Under the pieces are notes generated by a model. The model worked only from the letters and a program-made list of their open reading frames with translations. It was not told the origin of the DNA and searched no databases. From Lachnospiraceae bacterium (GTDB lineage: Bacteria; Bacillota; Clostridia; Lachnospirales; Lachnospiraceae), in NCBI GenBank assembly GCA_017456585.1, contig JAFTJD010000065.1, forward strand, positions 626-64,625: 64,000 nt of DNA, read 5' to 3'. The number at the start of each line of letters is the position of its first letter. The first letter of the stretch is position 1. This document shows, piece by piece, positions 59,467 through 64,000 of this stretch. A program made the translations under genes and the position numbers.

Positions 59467-59599
59467 TATTGTAAACCCTCTCTTTTTTCATATAAGTGGC
59501 ACAGCTTCAATACATATTCTCAATATAGTTTTTTGCTATCCTCCTTGTCTCGTATTTACCCTCTACTCCCATTTGCTTTGAATTCCAGCCACCTCCCTA

Positions 59600-59628
59600 A
59601 TTATACCTATAAGCCCACACACAGTCAA
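59600..59628 (-). promoter_or_regulatory. sigma-A-type promoter TTGACT-17-TATAAT
   Basis: -35 at 59628-59623, -10 at 59605-59600. Predicts a ~130-nt 5' UTR for the beta-helix gene. Confidence 0.55.
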
Positions 59629-59760
59629 GAAATTTTTGTGCATTTTTACCATTTTTCTTCGTTATTTTATTCTCAATTTGTATATTATTACTAATATGCA
59701 AAATATCCCGAATAAATATTCAACTTGTTAAAAAAGAAACATAATTTCAGCTAAAATTCA

Positions 59761-60000
59761 TTAATATCCATAAGCTGCTTCCCTAAAAAAGCTTGGAACT
59801 TCATAAGGCAACTCTGATGTCGGAAAGTACTTAAAATTCAGATTAGTATAGTTTGGATTTTGGAATAAAATCTGCACATTAATTCCTTCTTCTAATCCGA
59901 TTACATACTCACTATCGATATTATTTTCCTTTCTGTTCATATAGTTTAAATAAACCGGTGGTTGTTCACTATGATTCATTGAATCAATAGCCAATATCAT
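59761..60000 (-). CDS. hypothetical small protein (weak coding call)
   Basis: 79 aa from ATG 60000, 19 nt after the phosphoesterase stop. No RBS seen and no motif. Confidence 0.3.
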   Translation of the reverse strand: MILAIDSMNHSEQPPVYLNYMNRKENNIDSEYVIGLEEGINVQILFQNPNYTNLNFKYFPTSELPYEVPSFFREAAYGY

Positions 60001-60019
60001 CAATGTTTTATTATAATAA

Positions 60020-60712
60020 CTAGTCTACATAATATTCCTGCATCGTATCTAAACAAATACACCCAAGCGGATACCCAAACGAAGCCCCGCAATCAACTGC
60101 AATATGGTTGTTACCTTTCCACACTCTTCCTTCGTATTTCTTATCAATAAGCTCCGTAGGAGTATGCCCGGTTACCAATATTATATTGTCGAAATATATT
60201 TCATCATAATCCGGTTCGCCCAATATAAGCTCTCGTTTTGAACACAGTTCCGGTTCTTCCGGCATACTCTCCTTTTCCGGCACGGTATGTGCAAAAAAAT
60301 ACATTTGTCCGTTTACTTCCAGTTTTTTAAAAAATGGCATAGCTCTTAAATAATCTAATATAATCAACTTCTCTTCTTTATCCAACTTCTGAAAGTTTTC
60401 ATAAGTTGGTAATCCTCCATCGGATATCCAATATTCAAATTGCTTTGCAAATTGCCCATTCGCTGTCGTTGTTTCCTCTTTCATCAATTGACTCAGAATA
60501 AACAAGGCTTTATGATCATGATTTCCCCTTAAAGCAATCACATTCTTTCTTCGAATTAAATCGAATAATATTCGTATTCCATCCGGTCCGCGATCCACAA
60601 CATCACCAAGAATATAAAGCATGTCCGTTTCCTTCAAATCAATTATGGAAAGCATTTTACTGTATTTCTCATAACAGCCATGCAAATCCGACATTACATA
60701 AATCATTGGCAT
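60020..60712 (-). CDS. calcineurin-like metallophosphoesterase (PrpE/ApaH-type)
   Basis: SDLHG, GDVVDRG, RGNHD, GHTP. Confidence 0.85.
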   Translation of the reverse strand: MPMIYVMSDLHGCYEKYSKMLSIIDLKETDMLYILGDVVDRGPDGIRILFDLIRRKNVIALRGNHDHKALFILSQLMKEETTTANGQFAKQFEYWISDGGLPTYENFQKLDKEEKLIILDYLRAMPFFKKLEVNGQMYFFAHTVPEKESMPEEPELCSKRELILGEPDYDEIYFDNIILVTGHTPTELIDKKYEGRVWKGNNHIAVDCGASFGYPLGCICLDTMQEYYVD

Positions 60713-60811
60713 ATCCTCCTTTTCACTAGGTTTTGTTATTATTGTTCATTTATTGATTACACCTATTTATATCATATCTAAGCGCGCATTATTTTGTACA
60801 TCTGCGTTTAA

Positions 60812-60849
60812 GAAAAGGAAAAAAGGGAAAAGGTCCGTAGGACCTTTTC
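60812..60849 (-). terminator. strong intrinsic terminator ending the helicase operon
   Basis: On the minus strand: GAAAAGGUCC-UAC-GGACCUUUUC followed by CCUUUUUUCCUUUU. Lies 19 nt after the stop at 60869. Confidence 0.85.
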
Positions 60850-60868
60850 TATACTCTAAATATTGTTT

Positions 60869-61321
60869 TCATACATATTTCAATGCTTCCACCATATCGG
60901 ACAAATCACCCGTTTTGACATCATACACTAATTTATCATCTTCTCCATAATAATATTCAAACTCATATGCAGGAAAAACTCCATCTCCATGCCATTGATA
61001 GGAATCCGTTACTTTTCCCAACATAAGACGAACCGCAAGTTGTGATGCCCTAAATTTTTCGTTATCTTCATCAGCAGTATACCTGTCTGACATATACTCA
61101 GACATCAGGCATGTAAGTTGCAACACTTGAAGAACATTCACAGTTTCACCCCATTCTTCCATCTTGAGCTGTTCCATGTTATAAACTGAATCAAAAATTT
61201 CAAATGCTCCCTTCATTGCCTCATCAAATAATGCTTCATTAAATTCCTCACCAAATACATACGCGTTTACATTTTCCAAAAGACTACTCCATAATTCTCT
61301 CACATTATGAAAGTTTGCCAT
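60869..61321 (-). CDS. hypothetical acidic, predicted helical protein
   Basis: 150-aa ORF starting 3 nt after the upstream stop. No recognisable motif. Confidence 0.6.
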   Translation of the reverse strand: MANFHNVRELWSSLLENVNAYVFGEEFNEALFDEAMKGAFEIFDSVYNMEQLKMEEWGETVNVLQVLQLTCLMSEYMSDRYTADEDNEKFRASQLAVRLMLGKVTDSYQWHGDGVFPAYEFEYYYGEDDKLVYDVKTGDLSDMVEALKYV

Positions 61322-61324
61322 AGA

Positions 61325-62068
61325 TTAATCCCCCTCTCCAAATTCCATAAATACCTTTTCCTTAAGTGGCTTATGTTCCCGAAACTCCGGGCGGTCTGAA
61401 AAACATATCTTTACTTTAGGTTCCTGATGAGATACATATTCTCTTAATTCATCCTTAAATTCTTTGGTACTCCAACTATGCTCTTCCGACGCACTATCCA
61501 ATACAAGAATATGAGTTGGTTTATAATAGTCAATCTCTATTTTCAACAACTTAAGCATACCATTTTCCATCTGAGTTTTCTTTAACTTTTCACAAGGATT
61601 ACCCGCCTCTTCAGCACATATCACTTTACACAAATTAGAATAACATATATTTTTATACCATTCCGTTTCATCTTCCGCACCAGTTAATCCGAGATATATT
61701 TCCTTCGAAAACCCAAAAAACGGTTTAGAATCTATATAACCATTTTCTTCTTTTCTATGAATCCAACTCAGATGGTCTGTTTCATAATAATATTCATTAA
61801 AACATTTTTCTATTTTCTTTTCATTAATAGAGCATCCCTCTGCTGTATATTCAGTTACTGCAAGGTGAGGTTTTTTTGTTTTACCGCTAGCTCTTCCCAC
61901 TACCATAAACTTTACTTTATTATCATTAAAGTAATTTTCACCATGCCGTGCAAATTCAATCATAAGTGGTTCGCCATTTTTTATTTCTTTTGATTTACCT
62001 TTCGAAATAACTTCCAAAACATTTTTAGCTACTTCCATTACCTCTTTCTTATAACATTCTAACTCCAT
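61325..62068 (-). CDS. hypothetical protein with possible uracil-DNA-glycosylase-superfamily topology
   Basis: 247 aa with an AAGGAG RBS. The order of blocks FMVVGRASGK / YSNLCKV / NPC..L.....L..EI.YYKPTHILVL / KICFSDRPEF resembles UDG family 4/5 motif positions, but the catalytic residues are not canonical. Confidence 0.6.
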   Translation of the reverse strand: MELECYKKEVMEVAKNVLEVISKGKSKEIKNGEPLMIEFARHGENYFNDNKVKFMVVGRASGKTKKPHLAVTEYTAEGCSINEKKIEKCFNEYYYETDHLSWIHRKEENGYIDSKPFFGFSKEIYLGLTGAEDETEWYKNICYSNLCKVICAEEAGNPCEKLKKTQMENGMLKLLKIEIDYYKPTHILVLDSASEEHSWSTKEFKDELREYVSHQEPKVKICFSDRPEFREHKPLKEKVFMEFGEGD

Positions 62069-62114
62069 AGTTGTTCTCCTTTGTTGTTACACTTTTTGAT
62101 ACTTTTCATGTACC

Positions 62115-64000
62115 TCATTGTCGGCTTTCTTTACCAAGTTTATCTTCAAGGGCCTCAAATGCCGCATCTACGGCTTCCTCCCTTTTGGCAAATACTTCTT
62201 TACAAAAAACATTGTCAATTGAATATTTCCAATTATCATAGTTCTTATTATAGTATAAAACAATCAAATGGTCTTTTACTTTTAAATAACTATTATTATT
62301 TTTGGAAGTACGCCATTTACGGTTATGAAAATTTTCTTTGCGCGACTGCTTATTTTTAAAATCCTGTTCACGCCTTTTAGCCCTGTCGATATTCCCTTCC
62401 ATCTTGCCTGCACAGACACAGCCCACATCCAGTGAGCCGTATTCTGCATGGTACATGTGATGAACATATCTGATTATTTGATGACCGCACATCTGACATA
62501 TGCCTACAGGTGCCCCCAAATCCGACACTCCTGTGCAAACCCAACCTGTTTTGGGCACATCATCTCTTTCCCATAAATTGTCAGTACTCACATTCTGCCT
62601 CGGAACCTGTATATCTTGCGGCGAATCGGATTGCCCTCCCGGCTGTTGATTACCATTACCGCCAACCGGTTTAAGCTCCGAAACCTTCTTTTCTTCCACT
62701 TTCTCATAACCCTCAGGAATCTTTTTATCCATATTAGTTGTCTCATGATTTTTTCTATCCATAGCAGTCGTAGGAGCAGGAGCTACAGCGTTAGAAACGG
62801 CGGTATCAGCGACATTCGTAAAGCTATTTTGGTCCACAGCAACCTTCAGAGGAATTTCCCTCTTTCGATTAAAGAAGTCTACCGATATCTCCCTCTCACT
62901 TTGAAGCTTATCGAAACGAATTAAATAGCTGCCCTTATTTTTTCCATATCCCAGTATTGTGCCTTCGCCAAATGCCGGATGAGTCACTTTGTCATTAACC
63001 GCTTTAACGCTCGTATCAGGGGTCTCTTCAAAGAGTTGAGTTGCATAACGATTAGCATTTTCCTGCAATTCTCTTGATATATTCCCTACTCTGATATAAT
63101 TATCTTCACCTATTTCTTTCAAAAATCGTGAAGGATATTTCTCTTTGCCGTTCTGATTATAGCCTTCAGAATCCAGCAAAAATAGTCTTTTCTCCGCTCT
63201 TGTGATAGCCACATAGCATAATCTTCGTTCTTCTTCCAAGCCTAATTTCTTTCGTTCTTCTATCGTCTTTGCTGACGGAAAAATCCCCTCTGAGAAGCCC
63301 AATACAAAAACATACGGAAATTCCAAACCTTTAGAAGAATGTATAGTCATCATTTTTACCATATCACATGACTCATCGCCATCATCCTCTGACTGCAATG
63401 ATATTTGGTTAATAAACTCCTTCAAAGATACCTCTTCACCTAAGTTTCGCTCATACTCTGTAGCGATACGTTTAAACTCAGACAAATTCTCAAAACGTTC
63501 CATATCCCCAAGTTCTCTGATGTATTTCTCATATCCGCTATCACTACATACTTTCTCTACGATTTCTGTCACTTTAAGTTCGTTAATATGATTACGGATA
63601 TTTTCAATAATGTTAACAAACTCACGGGCACCACTATTAGCGAAAGCAGAATCATTAATATGTTCTTTCAGCGTTTGATAATAAGACATATCATTCTTCT
63701 GCAGTTGCGCAAGATGCTGTAGCTTCATTCTTCCAAATCTTCGTCTCGGTGTATTAATTATTCGTTTAAAAGCTATATCATCATCGAATGCAATGAGTCT
63801 AAGATACGCCATAATATCCTGAATTTCCATTCTGTGATAGAACTTAACTCCTCCGAATATTTCATACGGAATACCCACTTCCGTAAGCTTCTTTTCAACA
63901 ATTCTTGATAAAAACCCCGAACGATATAGTATAGCAAAATCCGAAAAATTACATTTCTGTTCATTACGAATTCTGTTAATATTTTCTACTATCTTATCAA
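62115..64000 (-). CDS. UvrD/PcrA-family helicase (5' end outside the window) with a long C-terminal extension
   Basis: The reading frame is open to the window edge (DKIVENINRIRNEQKCNFSDFAILYRSGFLSRIVEKKLTEVGIPYEIFGG...). Motifs V/VI (TIHSSKGLEF, YVAITRAEKRL), a Tudor-like HPAFGEGTILGY segment, a low-complexity linker, then a Cys/His-rich module. Confidence 0.85.
   Translation of the reverse strand, partial: DKIVENINRIRNEQKCNFSDFAILYRSGFLSRIVEKKLTEVGIPYEIFGGVKFYHRMEIQDIMAYLRLIAFDDDIAFKRIINTPRRRFGRMKLQHLAQLQKNDMSYYQTLKEHINDSAFANSGAREFVNIIENIRNHINELKVTEIVEKVCSDSGYEKYIRELGDMERFENLSEFKRIATEYERNLGEEVSLKEFINQISLQSEDDGDESCDMVKMMTIHSSKGLEFPYVFVLGFSEGIFPSAKTIEERKKLGLEEERRLCYVAITRAEKRLFLLDSEGYNQNGKEKYPSRFLKEIGEDNYIRVGNISRELQENANRYATQLFEETPDTSVKAVNDKVTHPAFGEGTILGYGKNKGSYLIRFDKLQSEREISVDFFNRKREIPLKVAVDQNSFTNVADTAVSNAVAPAPTTAMDRKNHETTNMDKKIPEGYEKVEEKKVSELKPVGGNGNQQPGGQSDSPQDIQVPRQNVSTDNLWERDDVPKTGWVCTGVSDLGAPVGICQMCGHQIIRYVHHMYHAEYGSLDVGCVCAGKMEGNIDRAKRREQDFKNKQSRKENFHNRKWRTSKNNNSYLKVKDHLIVLYYNKNYDNWKYSIDNVFCKEVFAKREEAVDAAFEALEDKLGKESRQ

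Noticed and set aside
63773-63964. Track ORF of 63 aa and the apparent helicase start at 63878
   Set aside because: The 63878 start is a GTG inside an open frame that continues to the window edge with typical UvrD sequence (DFAILYRSGFLSRIVEKKLTEVGIPY). The helicase is 5'-truncated by the window, and the 63-aa ORF is out of frame inside it.
59500-64000. Possible AT-rich horizontally acquired island at the right end of the window
   Set aside because: Hand counts of sample 60-nt stretches gave about 38 percent GC versus about 40 percent in the ilv operon. There is no convincing compositional shift and no integrase, tRNA or direct-repeat boundary. A proper sliding-window GC/k-mer analysis would be needed.

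Overview
Low-GC Firmicutes/Clostridia chromosomal segment. The gene content (chemotaxis receptors, a sigma-28-type promoter, and the pectin/hemicellulose enzymes PL22 Ogl, CE12, GH43, GH31, GH27 and a PL9-like beta-helix) resembles a motile, pectin-degrading Lachnospiraceae; that assignment is inference only. About 59 CDS, roughly 50 on the minus strand. No rRNA, tRNA, CRISPR array, transposase or prophage genes were seen. Layout: (1) 1-16.4 kb, glycan-utilisation genes with TetR/AraC regulators, interrupted by an aroF-tyrA (tyrosine-branch) pair. (2) 16.4-20.8 kb, lipoprotein / ECF sigma / putative anti-sigma / MBOAT / DHHW operon. (3) 21-34 kb, T-box-controlled leuA-ilvBNC-ilvD-leuCDB operon with an embedded DUF815 ATPase, followed by ilvA-ridA. 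(4) 34-45.7 kb, two MCPs, housekeeping genes and a tandem-duplicated glycosyltransferase behind a sigma-28-like promoter. (5) 45.7-54.8 kb, two ABC exporters plus a two-component system plus a Bce-like FtsX ABC module. (6) 54.9-59.5 kb, divergent RsmH paralog, flavoprotein, lipoproteins, FGE-like protein and beta-helix protein. (7) 59.7-64 kb, phosphoesterase and a three-gene operon (UvrD-family helicase with an unusual Cys-rich C-terminal module, a UDG-fold-like protein, a small helical protein). Most interesting observations: (a) a short Tyr-rich ORF below the ORF-track cutoff, with its own promoter, an intrinsic terminator and a plausible antiterminator pairing, upstream of aroF-tyrA. This is a candidate leader-peptide attenuator, unusual for Firmicutes. 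(b) A BOX-like modular repeat/hairpin element family in the 5' regions of aroF and mgtC and in the ilvC-ilvD spacer. (c) The helicase operon, a candidate uncharacterised DNA-surveillance or defence module. All functional calls come from motif recognition by eye; no database search was run.
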